Assembly: GCF_009914755.1 (NCBI RefSeq)
Contig: NC_060947.1
Direction: 5' to 3' (one strand)
From: the human T2T-CHM13v2.0 reference genome, Homo sapiens
DNA length: 64,000 nt
In this document: positions 13,090-25,516 of the stretch, in pieces
Layout: each line of letters opens with the position of its first letter
How positions within the stretch are numbered: position 1 is the stretch's first letter
Program-made: the position numbers and the translations under genes
The notes under the pieces: model-generated
Told to the model about the DNA's origin: nothing
Seen by the model: the letters and a program-made list of their open reading frames with translations, nothing else
The model's database searches: none

Positions 13090-15458
13090 TTTTAGAAAGT
13101 AACTTCCTGCAACAGCGATCCTTTATAGGGCAGGCAGGCCATGCCTCTAGGAATGAGGAATTTCTGGGACTATTTAAGAGGAAGAAGGGGAGAAGGAGTT
13201 GTTGACCAAGGGTAACCAGGTATCTGAATAATTAAGGTCTTGAGGCCAGGAACTCCTTGAGGACTCTTTGAGGTCACCATCATCAGCATGTAGCATAGGT
13301 ATTTGTTATTTGATTGTTGGGTGAATGAATGCATGCATGCATGAATGAATGCTTCCTCTAAACCTGAGTAAGCCAAGCACCAGCTGGTCCTGATTACCTC
13401 TGGACCCAGGGTCATATGAGAATGTAAAATGCATCCTGATGATTTGAGGTCCCTCACATTAGATAAATGACCAAATCAGATGAAGAAATGTCAAAGCTGG
13501 CTCACCCTCGGGTGTCTCACAACTGTAGCCCAACCCCAATAAAACATTCAAGGGCAATTCAGGTTGGGGCAGGAGGTGCCTGATGCCTCCCAGTTTGACT
13601 TGAGAAAGATGAAGGCATGTCTGTTTACATTCTGAGGTGGGTTTTAAAGACAACATCGTGGATATTCTCCTCTGCTCTTACACTGACATAAAGGGGCATC
13701 TATTCTCAGATGCAGGTCCTGACAAATCAGTGTGTCAGTTGTAAGCTATGCCTCAAGTACTTTGTTATTAATGCCAGACATTTGGGAATGTCTTACTTTT
13801 AAATATGAATTAGAACAGATTTAAGGCTATAGCTAACTTCACTCTCACTCCCAGCTTGATATGCTTTCTTGAGTGAGAGAGAAAACAGCTTGCTTGCCAG
13901 GAATTGTATTTGCTTGCACCATCAGATAGATGTATCTTATTGGAACAAAAATGATGAGAGTGCTGTAATAGAGGTTGGAGAAATGCATCTTCCACACAGA
14001 TGCTAAGCGAGAAACTAGGTAAAGCGCTGGTCCAAAGACCCTTAACAACAAGCCAGTGGGTAGCTTCGTTAACTTAGATTTTCTTCTCTTTCTTTGGGGC
14101 TCATAATGTTTTCCCTGGTGGTGCCAATCTTGATGCTCTCTCACCATGGGTCAGCCACCTCAGCCCCTTTAGTATAGGGGCCCTAAAGGTCTCTTGCCCA
14201 TTGTCTTTCCTTCATACAATTAGCCCTATCCCCCATCCTAAGCACTCATTGCCAAGGAGCGCCATTCCTCTTAGTTTTCTGCTGGCCGTTCTTTGTCCTC
14301 AGCCCTAGGTGGAGGTCCAACTTCCTTGCATCTTCTCCTGTCCCTGCATACAATGAGCAGGGGCTAGCCGGCCTCCAACTCTGGAGGAGTTTGTCACTGT
14401 GGGGAAAGGGTTAATGTAACCTTTCCCCTTCTCTGTGGAAATCTGTCCTTGTTTTAACTTTCCAGCTCTGTTGCCCTGGAAACGTGGTGAAGGTGGAATG
14501 TCAGCTGTGTTACCAGGCAGTATTGCTTATAGTAGAAATGACCCAATTGTTAAATTGCTTTTATGCCACAGGATTGTAAATGAATTTGAATACCTGGTGA
14601 AAAACCATAGCTTTGGGCTTCCCTGAGTGTCAAACTCTTGGTACTGGCATGTCCCATATGGGGCCCCTGGAAACTTTAGTTGTTTACAAGACATATTAGC
14701 TCCCGTGGGGTATGGGGCTTCTAAGCCAAGATGGACCCTATACTCTCTGAAGTGCTTCTTGTCTGTTTGCACCTGAGCTGCCACTTGGAGTTCCAGAGAG
14801 GAGGCCCTGGACAGCATGTGGGCTGCTGTAAAGACCCCCACAGAGGAGGGATGCCTGAAGCTATCCTCCTGGCCATGGTGGTTCCTGGCAGTTTGTTTGT
14901 GAGTAGACTCCCAGAAGCAGTGACCTACAGTGGTCTTGTGAGTCAGTGTTTTGCTGAACTGAAGGAGGCCCCTGGTAGACATGAGAGTCATGAGAGGGTA
15001 GGTTTGCTCTCCATACTTGCTGGGGCCGACGTGACATGTTGTCTTCCCGCCAAGTTTCCTCACACATGCTGGTCTGACTCTTCAAACATAAGTTTGCAGG
15101 GAGTTGTTTCTCTGTCACTGGAAGATATTCAGAGCCCATTTCCATAAAAAATGACCCTGTTGATTTATTGTGTTTGATCAAAAACGACCAGTTGGAGGGG
15201 CCAAAAAGGATTTCTATTCCCAGTTTTTCTAGAAGTTTTCTATTTCCTACAGATGGGGTGGTTCGTACTGCTTTTAAATCTCTTAAATGCCTTGCACTGC
15301 CAGAAGCCTCCTTAACATGTAAGTTTCAGAAGACTGGAGCATGTTTTCAGTGTTTCGTTTTACTGAGCATATTCAGCTCTGCCACTGTTTGTGGGCTCAT
15401 TGGCACGATTCATACTGAGACTCCTCATTTAGTGGGCTGAGCTTGGCAGGAGGAGTTC

Positions 15459-15686
15459 AATAGCCAACATTTATCGAGCACTTATAACGAACCCAGGAAC
15501 CGTTCCAAGTGCTTTACGTGTATTAACGCATAAACAACAACACTATGAGGTAGGAAATATTATTTATGATCTTCGTTTTAAACGTGAGGCACATGGGGCA
15601 CAGAGTACATTAAATGACTTGTCCAGGGCCACATAGCTTGTAAGTGACAGAGACAGTGCTCACACTCAGGGAGTCTGGCTCCAGGA
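15459..15686 (-). mobile_element. MIR SINE (CpG-rich copy)
   Basis: aatagccaacatttatcgagcactta...acaacactatgaggtagg...tgacttgtccagggccacatagcttgtaagtgacagag. Confidence 0.85.
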
Positions 15687-15896
15687 CTCAAGTTGCCCCT
15701 CTGAGTCTCATGATAAAAGCAAGATCTTGTCCAGCCTCAGGGAGTTGAGGGTTGGGGCAGTTTGAGGGTGTCCTTGGTGGTCCCTGGTGTACTTGGTGGA
15801 TCCAGACAGCAGTTTCCCACTGGTCAAGCAAGGAAGTGGAGGATGTTTTTGTTCCCTGCCTTGTAGAAGAAAGCAGAGATAACCTACCCCATCGGA

Positions 15897-16015
15897 TTAC
15901 TCATCCAACAGCATTTACCAAGCATCTCCTCTTAAGCACTGTAGTGACTGCCAAGGATACAACAGTGAACCAAAAGGCTCCAACTCCCAGCCCTTGGGGA
16001 GGTTCTACTCTAGTG
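15897..16015 (-). mobile_element. L2 3' end
   Basis: tcatccaacagcatttaccaagcatctc...ggatacaacagtgaac...cccttggggaggttctactctagtg. Confidence 0.6.
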
Positions 16016-16220
16016 TATGTCCTGGTCAGATTCTCCCATCCACAAAAATGAGGAAGGGGAGACTCAGGAATAGGAAAATAAGTACAAAAGTAAGGAAAGA
16101 GGAGGAAGGAGAAATGGTTCAGGCTTTTCTGTTTCTCCCCCTAGTAAGGAGTTATCTGTTTCCCAGTATGACTCCTTTCCCCCTGCCTAACCCCATCACA
16201 AAACAAAATGGAATCATTGA

Positions 16221-16435
16221 TAACACTGCCTAATAGAACTTTCTATGATGATGGAAATGTTCTAAATTTGTGCTGCCTACTAGTGAGCCACACTCAATCA
16301 AGTGCTACTGAGCATTTGAAATGTGGCTAGTGTGACTGAGGAACCAAATTTTTAATTTTCTTAATTTTAACTAATTGGAATTTAAATATAAATATAAATA
16401 TATGTGACTACTGGCTTCTCTAGTCGACAGTGCAG
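16221..16435 (+). mobile_element. MER3 hAT-Charlie MITE
   Basis: taatagaactttctatgatgatggaaatgttcta...gagcatttgaaatgtggctagtgtgactgaggaac...gacagtgcag. Confidence 0.85.
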
Positions 16436-16500
16436 CCCTAGAACTTTCCCATCCTGAATATGGCATCAAGACCCCTTTTCCCAGCCTGATCCAGGTTTCG

Positions 16501-16887
<387 letters not shown>

Positions 16888-17599
16888 TAGCTTTCAAATG
16901 TGCATTGATGGATTAAAACTTAAATCCACGAACATGGGCCGCAAAACTCCAAATCCAGTCTTTCTCTTCAGAGTTGAGTTTCCACCCACTGCTGTTTCCT
17001 TTGAACACATTTCCAGGTAGCTAAGTAAAACAAGAGATGCTCAAAAATCGTTTTTGTTCAAAAAGGCAAGTAGGAGGTAAGAGAAAGGGCAGGAGGGGAG
17101 TGAAAGAAAGGCTGATATTGTAGCATCCTACCAATCTTTGTTTCTAAATCTCAGCAGCCTTGAAAGAGAACATTAAGATATCTTTTACTCTCAGGCCTGG
17201 CTTCCCAGGGAGAAGGAGCCATAAATGAAAGCCTGCTTTGTGTGGCTATACTATGACTGCAGAAACAATGAAAAGACTTTTTTTTTTTTTTGGGGGGATA
17301 TAAGTTTATGTGTGTGTTGAAGCCCTTGTCGCTACAAAGCAATCTCACAATTAGCTACTGTTCACCTTCTTGGCTTCAGTCTTTCTAAAAATAATTATGA
17401 TAGTAACTTTTTAAAAACCTGCTATCTATACTCAAGGCAATTTCTTGGATCCTAAAGGATTTAACAAATAGTACTCAAAGCCTCAGGCCCTAGCTGACCT
17501 AATCAGCTTGAAACTTGAGCAGTTTTTAAAGACGGAATCAGATATAAAATACCCTTCACTGAGATCCTGGCTGTTGGGATTTAGGCCAAGGTTGAGCTT

Positions 17600-17689
17600 T
17601 GGTTGGGACACACCAGCCCAGCCAGGAATCCACTTGATTGGTCAGTGCTCAGACCATACAGTTGTGAAATATTTTGAATATCACCCCTG
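17600..17689 (-). mobile_element. Old DNA transposon fragment (MamRep1894-like)
   Basis: tgattggtcagtgc...cagttgtgaaatattttgaatatcacccctg resembles the reverse-complement CAGGGGTGATATTCAAAATATTT terminus. Confidence 0.45.
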
Positions 17690-17789
17690 GATATCGTGGC
17701 TGTGCCAGGCCTCCAGGAAATGAAATGATTGCAGTGGGAAGGGACTGAGCCACCCCATCATTGATTTATTTAATGCCAAATTGAGTCAG

Positions 17790-18620
17790 CCAGCCAGGGA
17801 GACAGGTGTGCAAATAAATAATTACCTTATGGAAAAACTTGAGCCAAGGCTGAAGTGGAAGTGTTTATAAAAAGCTGTGGGAGGCCAGAGGAGGAAGACA
17901 TTGTTTTGACCTGGGGTATCAGAGAAGTTTGAAGGAGAAGCTGATATTTGATCTGGATCTTGAAGGATGAGTAGGAGCTCACCAGGACACAAGGCATTCT
18001 AGGCAGAGGGAACAATGTTTGAAACACCAAAGAGAGGACTCACAAGTTCCATGTGTTTGAGCATAGCATTTGGGTGGTGGTGGTGGTTAGGGTAGGAAGT
18101 CCAACCAGAGATAAAGTGGAGGATCTTTGTTGGTGTCATATTATGAAGGGCTTCCAATACCATGGCAGAAATTGACTTAATCCTGTAAATAATAGGGAGG
18201 CAAGACAGTTTATGTTAGCATGTTGAGAGATGATGGGGTTTGATTTGGAGGAAGACATTTACAGTCATGTGACAACATCACCAGAGGAGACAAATGGACT
18301 AGTGTTGGAGAAATTAGCAAGGAGACAACAGTTCACATGAGAGTTAAGGGGACCATTGATCTATGGCAGTAGCTGAGGTGATGGGAAGTAAGGAGTGGCT
18401 GGAGTTGAGTGCCACTGAGACATAGGATTAGCAGCTGTTGGTTACTGGATTTGGAAGACAGGAAGGAGGTGAAGATGGTTCTGAGGACTCTAGCTTGGTG
18501 GGCCTAGTGGAGATGGACATTTTAAACTAAGATGCGGCAGCCTTGGGTAGAAATGGGATGTTCAGCTTTAGACAGGAGACTTTTGAGACGCTTGGTCCAG
18601 GAGGTAATTGGAAGTCCATC
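17790..18620 (-). mobile_element. L2 LINE fragment
   Basis: gatatttgatctggatcttgaaggatgagtaggag...gcattctaggcagagggaaca and the downstream purine-rich antisense L2 pattern. Confidence 0.75.
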
Positions 18621-21124
18621 AGCATGTTATACTAGCCCGCCAGTTGAGCATGAAGGCTTTTCTCTTTCAGTTCTTTCTGAGTTGTTAATGATCTCTTATA
18701 TCCAACTGGCTTTCCTTATTTGTTACACAATCGAATAGTCAATGTTCCCTGGTGACTGCAGAGTTTCTACAGAAGTACTTAAAGATGATCGTCTGGCTGG
18801 AAGGAGACTTCTCTTGAAGTCTCCATTGCATAGGAAGCACATTGCTTTTAACTGAATTGTGTATTATGGGTCTATAAAAATAGGACAAGGAAAAAGAACT
18901 AATATCAAATAAATCACTTTAGGAATATTACCAAAACATAATTCTTTGCCTCTCACATGAGTGGTATAATCAGTTGCCCTGGGACTGATCAACACAAAAT
19001 AAAACAAATATAATTAATGAAAATGTATTACTGCACTTTGCTCTCATTATAAGGGATACTTAAATGGTTTTATAGAGGCAGAATAATTATTTGTTCATTT
19101 GGGGTAGATTTTGGTGGGAATCTGATGGATATTTGGAGGGGCTAATAGCCCTCCAGGTCATCCTTTAGTGCTGCCATTATGAAGACTTAATTCCAATACA
19201 TCAAGCTGAACCTTGTGGCCACATTGCTTCTTGAAGATCCTGTTTCAACTACAGAGATTTAGCTACTGGAGTTTTGCTTGTTCCTATTGGATTGAATTCT
19301 ACATCTATTGAACTGTTTCTCTCATGAATCATTCACAGGATATAGCCAAAGTAATGTAACTTTGTCCCCGTTTATTAAGGCTTTTATTCCCCCTTGTCTG
19401 GGCGGTGATAACACTTGCCTCTCCAAAGACTGTGAGAAGTCATTGTATGCAGTGAATTTAGATACCTTCCTGGGTCTGTGATCTGCAAACTTCACTCCGT
19501 GTAATCACATAGATCTGTAACCACTACTCATGTATGATCCTTGGTGAAGTCTGCTAAAGATTACAGCAGATATGCCCATTTAGAAACTTTTACTGGCTAC
19601 TGTTTTGTTTCAGGATGGCTGGCGGGACCACAAATTGCGCTTAAGATGAATCTTGAAACCCTTTAGCCATGTCCCACATTTGATTAGAATCAGTCAACCC
19701 CTTTGAAAGTTATCATGAAACAAATAGGCAGATAAAAGCAAAATGCTGAGTGGCCGAGGTGAAACAGACCCCTTGTTTTGGTTGGTTATTTGATCTCAAC
19801 CCATATCCTGTCATTTGGCACATTGTCAGATTTAAGAACTAATTCTAGACTTCCATTTATATGAGGGAAGCCAGTGAACACAATAAGAGGGGAGGGGAAA
19901 ACCCACATGGTTTGTTGCAGCCATGCCTACCCTCCGCTTTCCTTTTCCTAGTTCCAGAGGCACCTTTCCTGCATTCAGGCTCAAGGCTGTGCCTGCACAT
20001 ATGGACCCAAATCAGTGGACAAAATGTGCTCTTAGCTAGTTGAAGGCTTTTAGCCCTCCCCCTACGGAAACATAACATGTGATTTTCTGGTTTAAAATAA
20101 AAAGTTAAGGGGAAGAACTATCAAAGGGAAAGAAACATTTTGAAAAGTTTTTCTTTTTTTTTTTAATAGAAACTTGTCTGACTGTTTCATAATAAAGTTG
20201 GCTTAGCAATGTTAGGTCCATTTAAATTATCATCGACAGGTAGGTTAGGGAAGACTATAGGGCAAAATTCTCAAACTTTCAGTATTTTCAGCAGACAAAC
20301 AAGAACCAAATTATCCACACTCAGGTACTCAGAGAAGAGATGAGGGAGTCTCCTTGGGAGTGAAAGCCAAGGGTCTTCAAATCCATACTATTAAGGAGGG
20401 GACCTTGTGAAATTTGTGTTCTCAGGGTGTGTAGATGCAACCAGTTAGAGAACTGCCACGGAAGCAAAGATGTCAGTGTTGGTTGCTGTTCAGATCTTGT
20501 GCATTTGAAGAGAACCAGAATTTTTGGTACTTTTGGTAAAGAACTTTTGGTAAAGCACAAATGCATGGTTAGTTAATGAGATTCAATAGTAAAATTCATT
20601 ACTGCACCTCACCCCCCTCCACAGACAACAAGTTTCTTCTAGGATTGCCCCCTACACCCCCAGCATGTTATTATGAAAAGTTTCAAACAGCACAGTTTTT
20701 CCCCAAAGTACCAAACATCACCGAACTGGAACAAGTAGTAGGAATTTGAATCAGGTAGATTCAGACACCAAATTGACTTTGCATGTTTCCTCATGACTTT
20801 TTTTTTTTTTTGGGCAGGGCCAGACTTACACATTATTGTGAAAATGTGGCTGTTCATCTTGCTGAAATAGACAAACACGATCTTCTGGCACTTTGAGCAC
20901 CTCAAGTTTGAAACTGCTAATCTTCTATTTCCTGCCTCTTTCCCCCGGTTCTGTCAATCATCCTCCCACACTCCCACTTCCAAGACCCCCGAATCTCAGA
21001 GGCATCTTTTGTGCTCCCTGTCCTTTGCTTCTCCAGGTCCAGCTGGGTGACAGGTCTCCCTTGGAAACATCTCTCCCAGCCTTCCTTGTTCCTTTCTGGT
21101 TGCTACTGCCCTACTGCCCCCCAA

Positions 21125-21250
21125 GTTTATTGAGCATTTTTTCATGCCACATCCCATGCAAAGCACTTTCTACACATTAACTCATTTAATTCTTATAGCA
21201 GTCCTATAAGGAAGGTAATTATTATCCTCATTTTGCAAATGGGAAAATAG
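21125..21250 (-). mobile_element. MIR fragment
   Basis: tttattgagcattt...ctcatttaattcttatagcagtcctataaggaaggtaattattatcctcattttgcaaatggg. Confidence 0.8.
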
Positions 21251-21693
21251 ATCCACACTACTTTTGCCCTGATTGCTGCCCTGTTCACTGCACTCTGGAA
21301 ATGCCTTGGATCTTCCATCTGGTCCACTGTTTCCCATGTTTTTGTGCCTTCCTCGTCTCTCTATCCATCCAAACTCTGCTTATTTTGCCAGGCCCTGTTC
21401 TGGCTTCTACAGCAGGAAGTGATCATTCCTTAAATCAGAGCTCTCACCACCTATACCACTCTCTTGTTCAACCTCAAACAGAGCCTTGCAAGGCATTTCT
21501 CTCCCATGTGCACGTCTTATCTTCCAAACTAGATTGCATCCCCTTGGCTGCCTGTGTGTGATAGGTATGCTGTATGGATGTACTGATTGATCATTTTTCA
21601 AAAGTAATTGCTGTTTTCATCACTTTTTTTTTTTTTAACATATCTCATAGTCATGATGCAGTAATGACGTTGAACAAAAAAGTAATGGTGCTA

Positions 21694-22035
<342 letters not shown>

Positions 22036-23672
22036 TTATTTGCAAGGCCTAACTTCATTTCCTTGAGACCTTCTACTTGTTCTGATCATCATGATCTTTA
22101 GAACAAGAGCTCTTCCCTTCTGACTGCCTGTGATGAAAGCATTTTCTGCCCCCCTTCTTAGAGCTTCAGAAACTGACTTTCTGAAGGCACATCTAATGGT
22201 AGCACTGGAGGAAAACCCATCCCTGGCATCTGAATTCAACCCAGGTTCATGTTTAGAGCACAAATCCCACTTCTGTTCTTGTAACTTCTCATAATGACCC
22301 TTCCCCTCCACAGTGCATGCATTCTATTCAGTTCCTCTTAAGGTGGCCTTTTAAAGAAATATTTTAAATGTACTGTGACAGTGGGATAAATACTGAAGAG
22401 TGCAGTTAAACACAAGAGACTTGAACTTCAGATAATGGTCAACAAGATCATTCTGACCGGTGGTTCTATTGAGGATGACAAAAAATGATGCAAAAATATA
22501 AAGAAGCTACAGATCCATCAGTTCCCCATGAAATTGAATTAATTAATGGGTTTGTGATTAATCTGCTAGTAGACCCATTTTGCTCAATATGCACTTTCTT
22601 CTGGGGGTAGGTATAGGGGCATAGTGTTTGGTTTGTTCTTGTGAGATTAAAAGAGACACCTGGTATCACTTAGTATCAATTGGACTGGGGAGGTGGTGTT
22701 AAAGTGCTGAGCGTCCTCCAGAAGAAAGTCTGCACTGTTGTGAATACAGGGAGAGAGAGAGGATGAGTGATAGCTATAAGCAGTGGCCCTCACTTTTCAG
22801 AGGCGTGGAGCTGTTGACAGAACAAATAATCACATCTCAAAGACTTTGAAGCTCCTCACATGGTCAGCAGACAAGAGGCCGCAAGGCTCAACCATAAATG
22901 CTGGAATTAGTTCTGAGAGCAGAAGGAAGGACTTGCCTTTGCTTGAAGCCAAAACCAATCTGAAACCACAGAACCTCAGCCTGAGGGCTAGGGCTAGGCA
23001 GAAAGCTTGCTTTTGAAACCTGAGCTCTCCTTGCAACGGTGGTGGGGGTGGGGGTGTTGGTGTATGTTCCACTTGTACAAGCAAACCCTCTCATAAGTTT
23101 GACCCTGAAAAAATTACATAATCCTTTCATCACAGCGGGTTACATTTTCCAAGGGCAGAGCTTTGACTTACAACTGATTATAGGTGTATTGTTAGGACTC
23201 CAGCACCCATGCTTGATATGTGTTTGTTTCATTTCCAGTGTTACATGTATTAAGTGTCAACAATCTACACTCATGCTACCTCACGTTTGAAAATTAACTC
23301 AGGAAGTCACAAAATGAACTTTTTCCCCTCCTTAGCAATTTCCCATCTTCATTGTGTGATAAAGGTTTTTGCTAACAGCCAAGTACCACACTAGACATTA
23401 GGTAGGTTCATGGGCCTGTGGTCTGTTATCAATGTCTTGTGTTAATCCAGGCTTTCTTCCAAAGAGTTTGCAGTGCTTTTTTTCAGACATCATATCATGT
23501 CACATCTCTCCTTCCTCCTGTGTTCCCTAATCTCACTTAATGACAACACCATGAGCTCCTTTCCCTCTTCCCTTACTTCCCTGATAGCTTAATATTCCTC
23601 CACTATGCCTTTTGCATCTTCCCTCTCTTTCTCACTTTTTCTTTCCCTGTCCCAGGGCAGGCTCTTGTCATT

Positions 23673-23880
23673 CATACATATATATATATATGTGTGTATA
23701 TATATATGTATATATATATATACACACATATACATATGTGTGTATATATATACGTGTATATATACTATATATATACGTATATATATAGTATATATACACA
23801 TATATACGTATATATATACGTATATATACACATATATATACGTATATATATACACATATATACACATATATATATATATA
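23673..23880. repeat. Long compound (TA)n/(TATACG)/(TACA) microsatellite
   Basis: About 208 bp of near-continuous alternating purine-pyrimidine sequence. Confidence 0.95.
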
Positions 23881-24151
23881 TGGTCTCACTCTGTTGCCCA
23901 GGCTGGGGTGCAGTGGCACACTTATGGCTCACTGTAGCATCAGTCTTCTGGGCTCAAGTGATCCTCCCACCTCAGCCTTCTGAGTAGCTGGGACTACAGG
24001 TGCATGACAACACACTCGGCTAATTTTTTTTTTTTTGTGGAGATGAGGTTCCTCCATATTGTCCAGGCTGGTCTCCAACTCCTGGGATCAAGCCTCCTAC
24101 CTCGGCCTCCCAAAGTGCTGTGATTACAGGCGTGAGCCACTGCACCCAGCC
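23881..24151 (-). mobile_element. AluJ whose tail is replaced by the TA-rich microsatellite
   Basis: ggtctcactctgttgcccaggctgg...tgggctcaagtgatcctccc...gagccactgcacccagcc. The repeat gctcttg flanks the combined Alu and microsatellite. Confidence 0.88.
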
Positions 24152-24419
24152 ATGCTCTTGCTGTTTCTTGCTTGGAGTATTGCCATGGTCTCCATGAGCC
24201 CATCACTCCTCTCCTCCAAAACCACACTAGTCTCAACTGATTCACTTGTCGTTTGGTCCCTTTGGACTTTTCAAACCTCATCTGTCAGGACCTCTCTCCC
24301 TTTTCCCCCACACCATTCCCTGAACGCACTATCCATTTACATGCATTCCTTGGCTCAGCTGTTTACATCATCTGCACTGCCCACCCCCCCACCCCACCGA
24401 CAACATCCTGCATGCCTAT

Positions 24420-24705
24420 CACAGTTCATCTTAAGTGTTACTGCATGGAAAGCCCACCCTGATTGATATCCATAGGCAGAATTCATCACTGTTCACCCTT
24501 ATGCTCTGGGAGCCCTTTATTGTGAGCTCAATTTCAGCATTTAGTTCAGTCTAACTTTAAAAAAATAGTTAATTACGTGCTTGAAAACAATTAGATTGCA
24601 AACCCCTTGAGCCAGGGACTATGTCTTATTTGTCTCTGTGGCCCACTATAGCAACCAGCTAGTGGCCTGGCCCTAATGACAACCTGGTAAATGAACAGAG
24701 TGAGC
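24420..24705 (+). mobile_element. L2 3' fragment
   Basis: ttagattgcaaaccccttgagccagggactatgtcttatttgtctctgt. Confidence 0.6.
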
Positions 24706-25001
24706 GATATCCCTGTATCAAAGGTAAAGAAAGATTAGCATTTGCTGCTGTAAGGATGGCTAAAGGGATTCATTTGTCCAAAGTCCTTCAAAGGGCAAGT
24801 CAAGTTGAGACACTGTCACTTCTGTCACAATCCCCAGTTGGCTGGGTGGCGCCACCTCTTCAGAGATCTTGGCAGTAGATTTTTGGTTGCCATTTGTTAT
24901 TTTATACATTGGGTGGGTCTGTATGTATGCGCATCTGTGACAACAACTTGGCTGGGCAGGTAGATGACATCTGCTTGTGCAAATCTCTTTTCATTCTTGA
25001 A

Positions 25002-25516
25002 TATAGTTGTACCTTAGAAATACAATGCAAAACACAGATGTCATTTAAAAATATCTAATAATGAAATTACAAAAGTAAAAAGAAGCAGGTGATGTTAGTT
25101 TTGATTATGTGTTTTATTTAGCCCAAATGTCCAAACTATTACCATTTCAAAATGCAATCAATATTTTAAAATTATTAATGCGATGTTTCATATTTTTTGT
25201 ATTGTCTTCAAAATCCCATATCCATTGCACACGTGCAGTGCATCTTAATTCAAATGCTTAATTTTCATCAGAAATACTTGATATGTATTTAGATTTCATA
25301 AAATTTACAGTTGAAAAAGTAGATACACATATCCAAATTCTTCCAAATGTATTTAAAATTTTCCCAATAACTGGATTTAATATCAGCCTGTACATTTACA
25401 TTTGAATTAATTAAAATTAAACAAAATTTTTAAATTCCATTCTTTGGACATACTAGCCTTGTTTCAAATGCCCAATAGCCACATGTGACTAGTAGCAATT
25501 GTTTCGGGGCATACAG
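25002..25516 (-). mobile_element. hAT-Charlie non-autonomous element (MER3/MER33-related, ~520 bp) with transposase C-terminal remnant
   Basis: MER33-like ends. The minus strand translates FGRIWICVSTFSTVNFMKSKYISSISDEN, resembling the hAT C-terminal dimerisation motif. Confidence 0.8.

Noticed and set aside
14527-15181. Overlapping ORFs of 178, 138 and 106 aa
   Set aside because: No recognisable homology or splice architecture. Overlapping open frames on both strands are expected by chance in this more GC-rich patch.
23589-23987. Y/I-rich ORFs on both strands
   Set aside because: These are translations of the TA microsatellite and Alu.
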